Shown piece after piece: positions 24,044 to 38,156 of a stretch of DNA of 64,000 bases. The stretch covers positions 14,260,001 to 14,324,000 of the forward strand of contig OX597829.1 of assembly GCA_951406725.2 (NCBI GenBank), written 5' to 3'. Under the pieces are notes generated by a model. The model was given only the letters and a program-made list of their open reading frames with translations, was not told where the DNA came from and made no database searches. The stretch comes from Octopus vulgaris (taxonomy: Eukaryota). Numbering within the stretch: position 1 is the first letter of the stretch; each line of letters opens with the position of its first letter. Both the position numbers and the translations under genes were made by a program.

Positions 24044-25972
24044 TAATTACTCCCGCCGTTTACCCGCGCTTGGTTGAATTTCTTCACTTTGACATTCCGA
24101 GCACTGGGCAGAAATCACATCGCGTCTGTGCGGCTCGGCCGGCTAGGCGATGCTCTGTTTTAATTAGACAGTCGGATTCCCCCGGTCCGTACCAGTTCCG
24201 AGTCGACCGTTCGCCGCCGGTCGAACGCCTGCCGCGCGTCGCGGAGCGCGAAGACGACCTGACGGAGCCGAGCCGCGCGCGCACCGACGCTACGGCGAGC
24301 CCGAAGCCGTGTCGCTCCACGGCGTCCAGGGTGTGGAGCCATTTTGTTCGCGCCCACTACGCCCCGAGCCACCGCCAGACGACGGCCCGCGCACGCGCCG
24401 GGAGGCGCGGTGCGCCGACGCACGAGAAGGCCGCGCGCGCGATTCCGGCAGCCGCGGCAACGCCCGCCATGCGCGCGCTTTCCGGACCGGGAGGTCCGTA
24501 GGCGACGGGGACGCGACGGAACGCAGCGCAGCGGAGGGAGAGTACGCGCGCGTAGAAGCCGACCCGCGTTGACCGAAGGCGCGACCGCGCACCGGCGCGA
24601 AGCGGGTTGCCCGCCGACGCAGCGACGGTCGGAAAAATGGGGGGCACCGGGATGCCGAGTCCGACACCAACGCTACAGCCCCGTACCGGTCCGCCGCTTC
24701 GCGCGAAGACGTGTTTCGGCGTCCGGCGGCGCGACGCCGAGTTAACGGCGACGCGGCCGCGCGAGAGCGAGGCGACACACACGGCCTGACCGACCCGGTC
24801 CTCGTAGCCAATCCTTCTTCCGAATGTACGGATCCATTTTGCCGACTTCCCTTACCTACATTGGCGCTATCGACGAGAGGCTGTACACCTTGGAGACCTG
24901 CTGCGGATGGTGGGTACGGACCGACTCGAGAGCTGCGATTCGTTACGGACCCGGATTTTCCAGGGCCGCCGAGAGCGCACCGGACGCCGCCCGAGACGCG
25001 GCGCTCTACAGGTACCATATCCGTATCTCCGGACGAGCCGATTCCACGGACGCGGTCCTTTACGAAGAAGAGAGAATTCTTCCCGGGGCTCTCGGCAACG
25101 TCTCCGGGCTCGCTTGTGTTGCCGCTGCTTCGCCCGGCCGCCGGCTTCGACGACGGACGCGCTGCTAGGATGAGCACGCCACGTTCCCGCCGACGGACGG
25201 GCACTCTCCGAGTTCGGGTTCGGGAATATTAACCCGATTCCCTTTCGATGCGAGGCCGGCCGCGTACGCTGAACTAAAAGTTCTTCCGACTCTTATAACG
25301 ACGGATCCGGCGCCTTTCGTGGAAGCTTTCGCCCGCTTCTTAGGACCGACTGACCCGTGCTCGACCGCCGTTGGCACGGAATCCTTCTCCACTTCGGTCT
25401 TCGAAGGTCTCGTTCGAATATTTGCTACTACCACTGAGATCTGCACCCGCGGTCGGTTTCACTCTGGCTCGCGCCCGCGGCTTCCATGCACGCCGCGGCG
25501 CCCTCCTACTCGACCGGGCACCGGAAAGTCGCCTCGCCGGCGATCGCGCAACCTATCGCCCGGCAGGTCCGGCATCGGTCGCTCGCTCCAGCGCCATCCA
25601 TTTTCGGGGCCGGTCGATTCGGCAGGTAAGTTGTTACACACTCCTGAGCGGATTCCGACTTCCGTGGCCACCGTCCTGCTGTCTATATCGACCGACACCC
25701 TTTCGGGGATCTAATGGGCGAAGCGTAGGGCACCTTAGCCGGACGTTCGGTTCATCCCACATCACCAGTTCTGCTTACCAAAAGTGGCCCACTTGGCACC
25801 GTGTATTCGTCGTCGCATAACGGCGGCCGCCTCCGATCGGGAGAGGAGCGGCCCGTTTCGCCCGTTCCGAGTTCGAGAGTAGATCGAGGCCGTCAACGTC
25901 CCCGGGGCCTCCAGTCGTTCGCTTTACCGGACGGAATTGCGTGTCGTTCTCCCGCTGCCGCCAGCTATCCTC

Positions 25973-26003
<31 letters not shown>

Positions 26004-26756
26004 CGGCTCGATTGGTCTTTCGCCCCTACACCCGGTTCCGACGATCGATTTGCACGTCAGAGGCGCTTCGGACTTCCACCAGAGTTTCCTCTGGCTTCGT
26101 CCCGACCGGGCGTGGATCGCCATCTTTCGGGTCCCCGGCCGCCTGCTACACCTGAGTCGGAGCGGGAACGCCGGACGCGAACGTCGCGGCGAACGCGCGG
26201 ACCCGACGACCGCCCACGGAACGAGCGGCCGCCACCGGCGCGTTCGTCGACGACGATGGCGCCTCGGCGGGAAGCAGCGGACTGAGTCCCCTCGCGATCG
26301 CGGTGAGCGGTCCTACCCGTTTACCCCTGGGCGGTTTCACGGTCTCTTGAACTCTCTCTCCAAAGTTCTTTTCAACTTTCCCTCGCGGTACTTGTCGGCT
26401 ATCGGACTCGTCCCCGTATTTAGCCTTGGATGGAGCTTACCACCCGCTTTGGGCTGCGTTCCCAAGCAACCCGTCTCTCGGGCCGATGAACACTGCCGAT
26501 CGCCGGCGGCTCCGATTGGGCCTGGTACCCGCTCTGGGCAGCCCCGATCGAGGGGACTCCGAACCTAGCCGGGCGAAACGATCGACCGTGTACGATCCTT
26601 GCGCCACAGCTCTCGACGACCGGCGCGGCCGACGAGATTCGGCGTTGGGCTTCTCCCGGTTCACTTGCCGTTACTTAGGGAATCCCGGTTGGTTTCTTTT
26701 CCTCCGCTTAGCGATATGCTTAAGTTCGGCGGGTAATCGCGTCCGAGCCGAGGGCA
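24044..26756 (-). rRNA. 28S: 28S rRNA 5' part (orphon; conserved core between D2 and D3 apparently deleted)
   Basis: Reverse complement of ACCCGCCGAACTTAAGCATATC near 26715-26735, plus GAACTCTCTCTCCAAAGTTCTTTTCAACTTTCC, TCCTCAGGGAAACTTCGGAGGGAACCAGCTACTA and TTGCCGACTTCCCTTACCTACATT; long GC-rich expansion segments. Confidence 0.95.
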
Positions 26757-27271
26757 GCGTGAAAGAAGAAGAGGTCTCCGCTGCAAAGCTATAGCAGCTG
26801 CTGCTGCTGCTCTTGCTGCTACCGGCACCGCTGTCGATCGGCACGAACGCTCGCACGAAAGAGATATTCCCACAGAGCGAACGCCGAAAGACGAGACGGC
26901 GGCGGCGTCAGCGACGGAGGGCGGCGGTTGCTCGGAGGGACGTAGAGGACGCAAACGGGACGAGGGGCCTCGCCGTGTGTCGTTGTTCCTACTACTGCTC
27001 CTACTCCTCTGCTTCCGCTCGTCGGCGGGCTCCCTCCGCGATTTGTCGTCGTCGGCCGCGCGATTCGGGGCGGCGCGGCCGTCGCAACAGCGCTTCGCAA
27101 CGATGACGGTCTGGCATTACGGGAGACGGACGATCGAGCGGCGGCGGCTCGCGCGCGAGATAATGCGGGTCTCGCGGTGAGCGCCGCCCTTTCCTGCGAC
27201 TCCCGACTCCCCGCCGCAGCCAACGGCCGCGGCGGACGGCGTTTTCGTGTCGTGACCGCCTCTCGACCGGG
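26757..27271 (-). other. ITS2-like GC-rich spacer, truncated (no 5.8S or 18S in the window)
   Basis: Position immediately 5' of the 28S start; composition matches the rDNA. Confidence 0.75.
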
Positions 27272-28090
27272 TGGGGCCCTCGGTACAATGCAGTGGCGAC
27301 CTGTGCGGGCATTCGTACAGTACTTGATGCCAAAGTTTGGTACCAGTTCTTCCAGCATTTTCCATATGTAAATTATTACATATCTCTCCTGCCTGCGCTC
27401 CAGGGAGTAGAGGCTTTAGTACCTTCAGTCGCCCCCTGTAGTTCTTCTGCTGGACTGTGGCGATCTTTTTTTATATAGTAACGCTGAATTGCCTCGAGTT
27501 CTGCTATCAGCTTGACACTGTGTGGTGACCACAACTGAGAGCAATAGTCTAGGCAGCTCAGAACAAATGTCTTGCATAGAGTCAACATGACTTTTTGATC
27601 CTTTTTTCTAAATGTCCTCAGTATCCTCCCTGCCAGTTGTCTGCACTTTGCTGTCAGCTTGATAATGTGCATGTGAAATGATGCATCGCTACACATGCTG
27701 ATGCCCAGGTCTCTCACTGTTTGTGGTTCTGGGATTGCAGTACCTCCAGGTCCTGTGTATTCCAGTTGGCGGGGACTTGTGGCCTTGTAGCGCGGTACTG
27801 GAAATTTTTTAACATTGAACTGCGTATTATTTTGCTCTGCCCACTTGTATATTGCATTTAGGTCATTCTGCAGGCTTATGACATCATCAGGATTCATTAT
27901 TGCCTGAGAGAGTTTTGTGTCATCAGCGTAGCTAGTGATAATGGCTGTCCGAGTGATCGGGGACATGTCCAGAAGGGCTACTGTGAACAGTAGTGGCCCC
28001 AGGAACAATGAACTATTAATGCTCGAAATGAGGAGTAGATAGACATCTGACAACTGATGAAGAGTCGTTCTTTGTGTTACTTGTCCTGTT
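27272..28090 (-). mobile_element. CR1-clade LINE RT fragment (upstream half of the element split by the rDNA)
   Basis: GPLLF, YADDTKL, RDLGI, LDYCSQLWSP, then after a frameshift ...WKMLEELVPNFGIKYCTNARTGRHCIVPR. Confidence 0.9.
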
Positions 28091-28182
28091 TTCAAATTTT
28101 TTTCTCTCGTTGTTTGCGTATTTAACTCGCTTGTTTTCGTACTTCATGCTGTTCACAGTTGGTGATGTCTTGTACCCATATA

Positions 28183-28282
<100 letters not shown>

Positions 28283-28329
28283 TAATAATTATTATCATTA
28301 TTATTATTATTATTATTATTAATTCTTTT

Positions 28330-29895
28330 TGCCCCTTTTTTCGGTCATTGACGTGTTTCTTGGCTGTTCCCCATGTCAGGCCGGAGGTCCTGAGCTCGTC
28401 CAAAATGCTCTGCTTCCATGTTTGCTTCGGACGTCCTCGCTTCCTTTTCCCCTGCAGGTTCCAGTCAAGTGCTTGTCGTGTCACATTTGAGGGTTCTTTC
28501 CGCAGTGTGTGTCCGATCCATCTCCATTTCCTTCGTCTAATCTGAACATGTATGGGCTCCTGGCTGGCCCTTTCCTGCAGGTTGGTGTTTGGCACTCTGT
28601 CGAACTACTTCAGATGAAGTATCTGCCGGAGACATTTGTTGATGAAGGTCTGGGTCTTCTTGTAGTTGCTGCAAGTGGCTCTCCATGTTTCAGAGGCATA
28701 CAAAAGCACAGATTTTACGTTTGAACTAAATAAGCGGAGTTTAGTTCAAGTTGAGATGGTAGTGGACTTCCATACCGGCCGAAGAATAGCGAAGGCTTGC
28801 CAAGCCTTCTTGCTTCTTAGCGTGATGCCCTCGTCTGATCCACCTTATTTGTTGATCTTGCTGCCAAGATAGACAAACTCACTAACGTCCTCCATAGGTG
28901 CCCCCTCAATTGTGATTGGCTCTTCCTGCTTGTTGTTGATACGCAGCCCTTTTGTCTTTTTCCGATTGATCCTCAAGTTCATTCGCCGTGAAGTTTCTAT
29001 CAGGTGATCTGCCTTATCTTGCATGTCTTGCAGGCGATGTGACAGTAGCGCGAGATCATCTGTGTAGTCCAAGTCCTCCAGCTTCTTCATCGGTGTCCAC
29101 TGAATACCTTTCTCGAAGGCAGCGTAGGCCGTCCTGGTGACCCAGTCCAGCACGACGAGGAACAAGAGCGGGGACAACAAACAGCCCTGTCTGACTCCTG
29201 TGTTGACGCTGAATTCCTCCGACAATCTCCCAGCATGGATGACCTGGCAAGAAAACTCCTTGTAGAGTAATCGAATATTGTCCACGATCTTCTCTGGCAC
29301 ACCATAGTGTCGTAAGATGTCCCAGATTGTCTGCATGTCTACGCTGTCAAATACTTTTTCAAAGTCGGCGAAGCACACATAGAGTGACGTTTGCCATTCC
29401 ATTGTCTGCTCCACGATGACTCTGAGCGTCGCAGTCTTGTTCGTGCATGATCGCTCCTTTCTGAAACCTGCTGGGCTCATCTCTGAATTGCTTGCCAATG
29501 GTATCTTTCAATCGCTCCAGGATGATTCTTGTAAGGACTTTGCTTGGAATGGAAAGCCAGGTAATTCCTCTCCACTTTTTACATTGTGATAAATCCCCAC
29601 TCTTCGGCAGCTTCAACAAAAGACACTTCTTCCAATTGGTTGGGATCTTCTCTGTCGTCCATACCAAGTTCAGCACATGGTGCATCTAATCGATCATCTC
29701 AGTGCTTCTGCTGGTATGCTGTCCACTCCTGCTGCCTCTCCGTTCTTCAAGCTCATCACGGCTTTGCGGATTTCTGGCTTGGTGATTTCTCCAATGTAGA
29801 TGTTGAGCGGGATCCCTGGCCCCGCGGCTCTTGAGGCTTGAGGTGGAGGGCGGTTAAGTGTTTCTTGGAAATGTTCCTTCCATCTCGCCATGGAA
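28330..29895 (-). mobile_element. RTE-clade LINE, 5'-truncated and decayed
   Basis: WRGITWLS, GFRKERSC, FADFEKVFDSV, GVRQGCLLSPLLF, LDYTDD, FVYLGS and WRWIGHTLRK...RKRGRPK. Confidence 0.92.
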
Positions 29896-29967
29896 AGATG
29901 ACGAGATATATATATATATATTGTAAGTGTATTTATGTGCTCTTGTTTTAAAAAATGTGTGTTACGT

Positions 29968-30189
29968 GGACATATTCATACGGCACAGAATGCTTTTTAA
30001 CGTCATCGATTGGTTGAAATTGAGGAAATTGCAGAAAAAAAAACAAATATCTTACAAACTATAGAATTTTCTCAATAAAGCCAATAGAAAAAGATGTTTT
30101 ATAAACACATTCTACCAGCATACGAAGTTTAAAATTTTTTAGTTACCTAGAAATTATGTTAAAAACTGCCGTTCAAACCGAAAAGATCC
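29968..30189. mobile_element. Partial single arm of the foldback MITE family
   Basis: Matches 12219-12451 and ends CAAACCGAAAAGATCC. Confidence 0.85.
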
Positions 30190-30480
30190 GTCTTTGTTGC
30201 TCTATATCTACTGTAGAGAAACAGATCTTTGACCAAGTGCATTCCATTTGTGACCATCCCATCTTTTTCATACGTATTTGCAAGGAAAACTACTACATTA
30301 GCTCGTTAGAAGAGATCTTGTGATTTTAGGGAGTTTTCGCTGCTATTTATATCAGGTCTAACTAACACGTAAACTCGTACGTAAGACAATAATAACGTGC
30401 GGTTTGAAGGATATAATATTTTTATCAGATCAAACTACTTTGCAGAGTTCTCTATCGTTGGCACATTCGTATATACAAAT

Positions 30481-31035
30481 ATGGTGGCTGCCCCCTCGTT
30501 ATCGAGTATGGCCATTGCACGAAGCTTAATCAATGTTGTTATCGTGCAATGTCTGTGCAAAAAGATTGTTTTTAAAGTGAGTAAAGGCTGTGCACAGAGT
30601 CAATCCCACTCACTAAGCAACAGCAGCCATAATCCGAAAAGAAGAACAAGTCAACATCATCGGTAACCACTGAGCCGCAGGTTTTATGTCGGAGTTATCC
30701 CAGTTACCTGAGTTACCTTCTCCTAGAAGGATGCCCTAACAAAGGCTAGGAGTCCTTTACTCCCAATGGTTTAACCGCGCGATCGGGTATTCAGTCTGAT
30801 TATTTCTATGTCCCCGCGCATGATTCAGCCTTAAGACATTTATTGGATGGCGGTTGACGCTCAAGAGTTCCTCCACACTTTGACGGATTTTGTTTTTAAT
30901 TCCGCAGGGTGTCCAATAAACACCTTCCTCATCAAGCAAGCTTAGTGGGGTTGCCGGTTTAGTCGCCGACGACCTGACCATGCAACAGGTTGTACTGGGT
31001 TACCTGTTACCAGTAGCACTCGAAGTGACCTGACT
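30481..31035 (-). mobile_element. Non-autonomous bipartite RTE-derived element (5' UTR joined to 3' end)
   Basis: The minus strand has the RTE 5'-UTR-like motif CTAGGAGAAGGTAACTC and an RTE-like tail CTCGATAACGAGGGGGCAGCC; second, truncated copy at 46330-46702. Confidence 0.65.
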
Positions 31036-31384
31036 ATATACAAATATAGATACACACAAACGCACATACACACACAAAAACACACGTATACACACGCTCG
31101 TGCACATGTACTTACTTCTGTACATAATACAGCATGATGTGACTGGAAGGAGTGGCTACGTAGAAGCTCTTTCGTAAACCAATATATTTTGTGACAATTC
31201 TTTGTTGTATCTACAACGAAAACAGAAATTTAATTAGTGACAAACTCTTGGGTTTTCCCTCTTCGTTTTGTTGTACACACACATACATACATATATACAA
31301 GCGTACATACATACATATAGGTGTGCACGCATGCATACGCATGTACACATATGGAAACGCACATATTTACATGCACACATTCAT

Positions 31385-31888
31385 ATATACATACTTACAT
31401 ACAGTACATACATACATACATGCATACATATATACATACATACATACATACATACATACGTACATGCATGCATACATACATACATACATACATACATACT
31501 TACATACTTACATACATACATACTTACATACATACATACATACATACTTACATACTTACATACACACATACATACATACATACATACATACATACATACA
31601 TACATACATACATGCATGCATACATACATACATACACACATACATACGTACGTACGTACATACATGCGTACATGCATACATACATACATACACACACATA
31701 CATACACACATACATACATACACACATACGTACATACATACATACATACATACATACATACGTACACGCATGCATACATACATACATACATACATACATA
31801 CATACATACATACATACATACATACATACATACATACATACATACATACATACATACATACATACATACATACATACGTACATACATA
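31385..31888. repeat. Degenerate (CATA)n microsatellite
   Basis: Direct reading. Confidence 0.95.
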
Positions 31889-32056
31889 TCATGAACTAAC
31901 TGTTACTTTCTCAGATGCAGCACGGAATTGTGTCGTCTTTTCAAAGCGACGAAAATATTTTGACAAATTAAATTTAAATGTTGAAGTGAATCTAACGAAT
32001 TTTGTGTGTTTTTAAATGGCTTATAAACATCTTCCATGCTGCAATTGTTCATATCT

Positions 32057-32167
<111 letters not shown>

Positions 32168-32388
32168 CACACACTCACACACATGTAGTAACTATATGTT
32201 ACACACTCATGTAATAATAATATTACAGAAAAGAGCAGATCAAAAGATCAGTTCCATGTGTGTGTAACAATTACTACACGTGTATGTTTTCTTCTAATAC
32301 TTGCATTAGCTTTGGAATAAATAGATACACTGGAACGTCTATCGGATGATGTATGCCGTTTTGTATACTCTCCATTTTCTTATTTGCC

Positions 32389-32437
<49 letters not shown>

Positions 32438-33547
32438 GCTCGAGTGGAATTATATACGAAAGAAGGTTTGAAAATGCAATTTTAAAAGATGTTTATTTAC
32501 TTTTTTAGAAAAAGATTGTCAAAAGTAACATGTAAAAGTTTGGTTGTGTTAATTATTGGTTGTCACAAAATGCTACAATACATATATACAGTCTTTGGTA
32601 ACAAGAACATGTTAAGGACATAAGGAAGTTTAACAAGTTCCTTAAAATATTGGGCACAAAAGATTACAACATATATATACATTCTCAAGAAAATGTTAAA
32701 GATTCCAGAAGGAATTATTAAAAAGTTCAGTGGAATATTGATATACACACACAGAATATTATGAGTTCAAAAAAGTTTACATTATAGTAGTAGGGAAGCT
32801 CAAACTGACCTGTCCACCATGTTATCGTAAAAGACTATTTTCTATTTCAAGAGACACTGTAGGTGAGTTTGGGGGGAGGAAGAATAATATGGAGCTGAAA
32901 ATAATTTCTTCTTTTTGTCTCTCTTTCACGCATCAATGATTTGGGGGATTGGTCTTTAGAGATCAGAATGGTGCGAGTGTGTGTGTCTTTGTGTGTGTGT
33001 ATATACATATGTGGTGTGAATAGATGTGTCTGTGTGTTTGTAAAATTTGGTAGGATGGTGTGTGTGTATATGTGTGCCCGTTTGTCAACCGTGTGTGTGA
33101 TTGTCTTGGTGTTGTGTGTGTATGTGTATGTATGTGCGTGATTGGCATTTGTCACGGTGCTGTGTGTGTGCATGTGTGTGTATATGTGTGTCTGTATGGA
33201 GGTCAGAATGGTGTGAGTGTGTGTGTATGTATGTATACATAATAGTTTTTTTAATACAATTCCTAATTATATTTCATTCAAAAAATATAAGAGGATTTTT
33301 CTAAATATTGAATGGCTATGGAGGTACATCTGAATGAAATAGAGATCAAAGGAGTCCATAGGTTAAAAAAATGGTTGAAAAATATTGATCTAAATGTTAG
33401 ATGGTACATCAACTCAACACTCATCAGAATGTGAACATCAGAAACCAGATAAATAATTTATTGCATAGCAAATCGATTTTCGATTGTCTTCAGTTTTCCT
33501 TTCCTTTACGCTGTCGGCACATAAAATAAGAAAATCAGACCATGCGC

Positions 33548-33586
<39 letters not shown>

Positions 33587-34021
33587 CAAATACGCACACT
33601 CACTAACATTTTTGGTTTTAATGCTATACAAGGAACACCGCAGAACAAACTGGATTATAAACTGGTGAAGCCTCAACTTATTCCACAGTCTCTTTCGGTC
33701 GGGTTGCTACCGAGGCTTAAAATACTATTTAAAAATAGCAACTCCATTGTAGATTTGATCTGAGAAAATATGTTCAATGAATTGATTTATGCTTCACTGT
33801 GATTTTTGAAGGAAAATTCATTTAGTGTTTCATTGCTTTTCCTTTTATTAAAAAAAAAATGTACCAGAAGACGATTTAGATTTTATCTTTTACTTGTTGC
33901 GATTAAAGGCCTGCGGCCATGCTGGCCAAGCGAAGTGACCCCAGTGCTTGTTATTTTACCGTATTTTAATTTTTTAAATTATTTTATTATATATGTGTTT
34001 GTCCTCCACCCAACATCAATT

Positions 34022-34228
34022 TCTTTACTACCCACAAGGGGGACAAACAAGGACAGACAAAGGGATTAAGTCGATTACATCGACCCCAGTGCGTAACTGG
34101 TACTTAATTTATCGACTCCGAAAGGATGAAAGGCAAAGTCGACCTCGGCGGAATTTGAACTCAGAACGTAACGACAGACGAAATACGGCTGCGCATTTCG
34201 CCCGGCGTGCTAACGTTTCTGCCAGCTC
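34022..34228 (-). mobile_element. tRNA-derived SINE (family B)
   Basis: Minus strand GAGCTGGCAGAAACGTTAGC (A-box-like), GAGTTCAAATTCC (B-box-like) and a central GCCTTTCATCCTTTCGG; second copy at 57354-57580. Confidence 0.8.
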
Positions 34229-34235
34229 ACCCACC

Positions 34236-34427
34236 CAACATCGCTTGACAACCGATGCTGGTATGTATACGTCCCTCGTAACTTAGCAGTTCGGCAAAAG
34301 AGATCGATGGAATAAGTACTAGGCTTACAAAGAATAAGTCCTGGGGTCGCTTTGCTCGACTAAAAGGCGGTGCTCCAGCATGGTCGCAGTCAAATGACTG
34401 AAACAAGTAAAGGAGAGTAAAAGAGAG
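34236..34427 (+). mobile_element. SINE family A, 3' half
   Basis: Tail GGCGGTGCTCCAGCATGG..GCAGTCAAATGACTGAAACAAGTAAA shared with 35005-35062, 39545-39945, 39990-40190 and 56933-57288. Confidence 0.8.
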
Positions 34428-34533
34428 TATACCCGTGTAAGTACAGACATATGCACACACACAAATACATACGCGCACACACTATACATAAATGTGTGTA
34501 TGTATTGTGTATACATTACATATGTGTGAATGC

Positions 34534-34564
<31 letters not shown>

Positions 34565-35407
34565 TGTGTATGTGTGTGTTTGTGAGTGTTTGTGTGTTCT
34601 TTCATTGCTTTTTTGGTGAACTGCAGCCTTGCTGGAACACTGCTATCAAATGTTTCAGACTATTATTATTTCTTTCGAGTTTGCATTTCTTTTATACGTC
34701 TTTGTTATTGAACAGCTAAGTCTTACTATTTCGCATCAAGTGACGGATCTAGCGATTCTGTTTAATACCGCATATACACAAGAGCTGATTGCTCGTAAAG
34801 ACTTGGGGATAAATTGAAAAGTATCAAGAACGAAAAAGACAAACACAATAGTATACAAGTAATCATTGAAGCGCATTACAAAAATAGAGGAACTCCTTAC
34901 GTTTCGAGCAATAGTCTTTCATCAAGAAATCGGCAGAAGAGTAGATTCGATGTCAATCTTTAAAGTATAAGATAAAATATCAACCGCAGCCGCAGCAAGT
35001 TACTCTTTTACTCTTATACTTGTTTCAGTCATTTGACTGCGGCCATGCTGGAGCACCGCCTTTAGATGAAGAAAAAAATCTAAATGAGGGAGAAACTAAA
35101 GTGGATATGCACGTATCAACTTTATGTATGTGTGTGAGTATTTGTGTGCGTGCGTTTTTGTTTGCGTGCGTGAATGTGTATCTGCGCACGAATAGTTCGT
35201 TCTGTACATGTTTGTACCTGATAAGAGTTAACAAGTTAAAAGTTTACATTAGTTGTGTCAATAATGAGAAGTTTCAGCATTATTAGCAAGATGAATCTAT
35301 AGATTTATTCTGTTTAGTATAGCAAAACAAAATCAATCTACAGCAGATTTGTATCGTACAATATGTATATGTACGTATGCATGTAAGTATCTATGTGTGT
35401 ATGTATA

Positions 35408-35480
<73 letters not shown>

Positions 35481-35508
35481 ACTAAGATGGCAAATAGATA
35501 GAGATAGG

Positions 35509-35545
<37 letters not shown>

Positions 35546-35575
35546 GGAGAGATATAGATAGAGAGAGAGAGAGGG

Positions 35576-35644
<69 letters not shown>

Positions 35645-35645
<1 letters not shown>

Positions 35646-36183
35646 GTTTCTTTATTGGCCACACAGGGCTGCACACAGATGGGACAAGTTACAAGGTAGA
35701 GCTTTTCTTTTGGGGGATGAAGAGAACAAAAAACAAAAAAAAAGGGGTGGCGTAGGTTTTCGATCAAGAGGGATCGTAAAAGGGAAGAAAAGAACAAAAA
35801 CAAAAAAAAATGAATAAAATAAAAGGAATAAAAAGAAAAAAAGGAAAGGAAAAGGAACAAAAGGAAAGAGAAATGAAAAAAGAAGAAAAAAGGGGGAAAA
35901 AAGGGGAAGAGGAAAAAAAGAACGTTCAATAGGGATCGTGTATCACAGTGTTATGATATATGGTGTAAAGGGGAAAGCAAGTAAGGTTTATCCGTGGGAA
36001 GAAAAGCCTACGAAAAAGACCACGGTAACCTTGGTCAATATTGTTATTTGTTACCACATTTGTTTGCAAGTGGGTAACCCTCTGTTTTCAATTTCTGGGT
36101 TCATAGGATTATGCTCAAGGTGGCTTCGTCATTCATACGTGCCATCCTTGCTACATTCACCCATCTTTTTTTAAAACATTCGC
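35645..36183 (-). mobile_element. Tx1/L1-clade LINE, copy 4 (3' UTR and ORF2 end only)
   Basis: Reverse complement resembles 9945-10370; flanked on both sides by (GATA)n. Confidence 0.88.
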
Positions 36184-36235
36184 AGATAGATAGATGGATG
36201 GATGGATGGACGGACGCATCGATCGATCGATAGAT

Positions 36236-36268
<33 letters not shown>

Positions 36269-37808
36269 TAGGTAGATGCATTACATATATATGTACACGT
36301 GCATATGTTCATATATAAATATATACGTGCATAGATTTATCTACACATGTTCACACACACACATTTATGCATAATATGTATGAATGCATTTGTGTGTGAG
36401 GCTTTTGTACCATTTCCATGTATTAAATTCCACTCACAAGATATTGTTGAGCATAAAGGTACTGTTGAGCATAAAGGATATTGTTGAGCATAAAGATATT
36501 GTTGAGCATAAAGGTACTTGCGAAAGTACCAAAAATAATGCTTTTGCGAAACAAATTTTGTTAAATACTAGAGTGTACATGCATCTATCTTATGAAAAAA
36601 AAAATTGCTTCATTAATTAACAATGTTTAATTAATATAAAAAGTTCACTGTTCTATATTAAACTTGTGATCCATTATGTTTTAAGTATTTCCTTCAATTC
36701 CCTATTTTTACAACATAAAATCTGCTCTCCTTTATAACATAGATTACCATAACTGGAAATTATATAGGGAAAGTTCTAGGGCGGTTTCTACGACATACAA
36801 ACAGTCGTAGCTTCGCCTTATATCTAAATTAATCAACCATTTAGAAAAGTTGCTGGTTAACCTCTGACAGTGGTTGAAAGGTTTAAGAGAAAAAAACGTT
36901 AAACGTCTATTTTAAAAGCGATAAATTGAAACGAGGCGTCGGTGAGTATAACAATAACTTTTAAGATAAATCAATGGCTCGCATAGACTGCATCTCTATT
37001 TTCAGAAGTAGAAAACGCTTTTCTTCCCGCTCCACATGATGTATTTTCTTTTCTCGGTAAAGAGAGCACAGGGAGAAAATTATACAAAGGCTCCCCCATG
37101 TAACATAACAAAAGCAATCTTTCTGCTTTGAACCTGCTCTGCTTGTTATTGTTCACACGTGAAACCTATTTATTCATTCATCAACAATGATTTATTCTTA
37201 CAAGTGCCGTAAACTACCGACAATCTGAGATAGGTTCGATTCTCGGCTGAGGCATTACAAAACACAATTATTTTTTTTTTTTTATTAATGGCTTACGAGA
37301 AGACGGCTTCAAGAAACTGACGAAATAAAAGGAGGCATAAATCAAGAAACCCGGCGCCAATCCTATAGAAGGAATGGCTGGACCAGAAGATTTTCTTTTT
37401 TGCTCTGCAACATGAATATGAAGTCTTTGGTGACGACTAAAGAATTTATTAAAGTTTATGGACCGTTGTTATTCCCAACCCCATTTGGCCCCTCTCATAC
37501 TATTTTGACATCAAAAGTAACCGACACTTTGGCTAGAAATGTACTTCAAGCAAAATGAAAGACAATCAATCGACTTTACTTGGAAGTGCACGCATATTGC
37601 GTAAAATATTGTGTTCGAGGTCCTTGTTGTGACTTGACAGACAGAACAAATCCCCAGTAGACACAATAGCTTCAATCAATAACGGCACAATATCGGAAAC
37701 TATGCGGCGTCTTCAATAATGATAATGATCCTTTCAACACAAGGCCTGAAATTTTGGAGACGAGAACAAATCGATTATACCGACTTCCGTACTCAACTGG
37801 TTGTTGTT

Positions 37809-37903
<95 letters not shown>

Positions 37904-37908
37904 GGTAG
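37809..37908. repeat. (GTA)n trinucleotide repeat
   Basis: Direct reading. Confidence 0.97.
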
Positions 37909-38156
37909 TAATAATAATAATCCTATCGGATCTTTTTCTTTTTCATTCGCAAAATTTGCATTTTTTAAAAGAAAATAACAAATTGGAGAAAAAGTTACAG
38001 AGATTTAAAAATCGAAAAAACTGTATTTTTAGCCAATAGCGAGACAGGAATTTTCTGCATTTAGCGGAGCAGTGTCAACTTTAAGGTTGTACCTTATGAA
38101 ATTTATCGTTTAGCAAGTGAACCTGTTCATTGTAGGTTTCTAAATAAACAGAAATA

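Noticed and set aside
20973-27371. Many Arg/Ala-rich ORFs on both strands
   Set aside because: Incidental frames in GC-rich rDNA.
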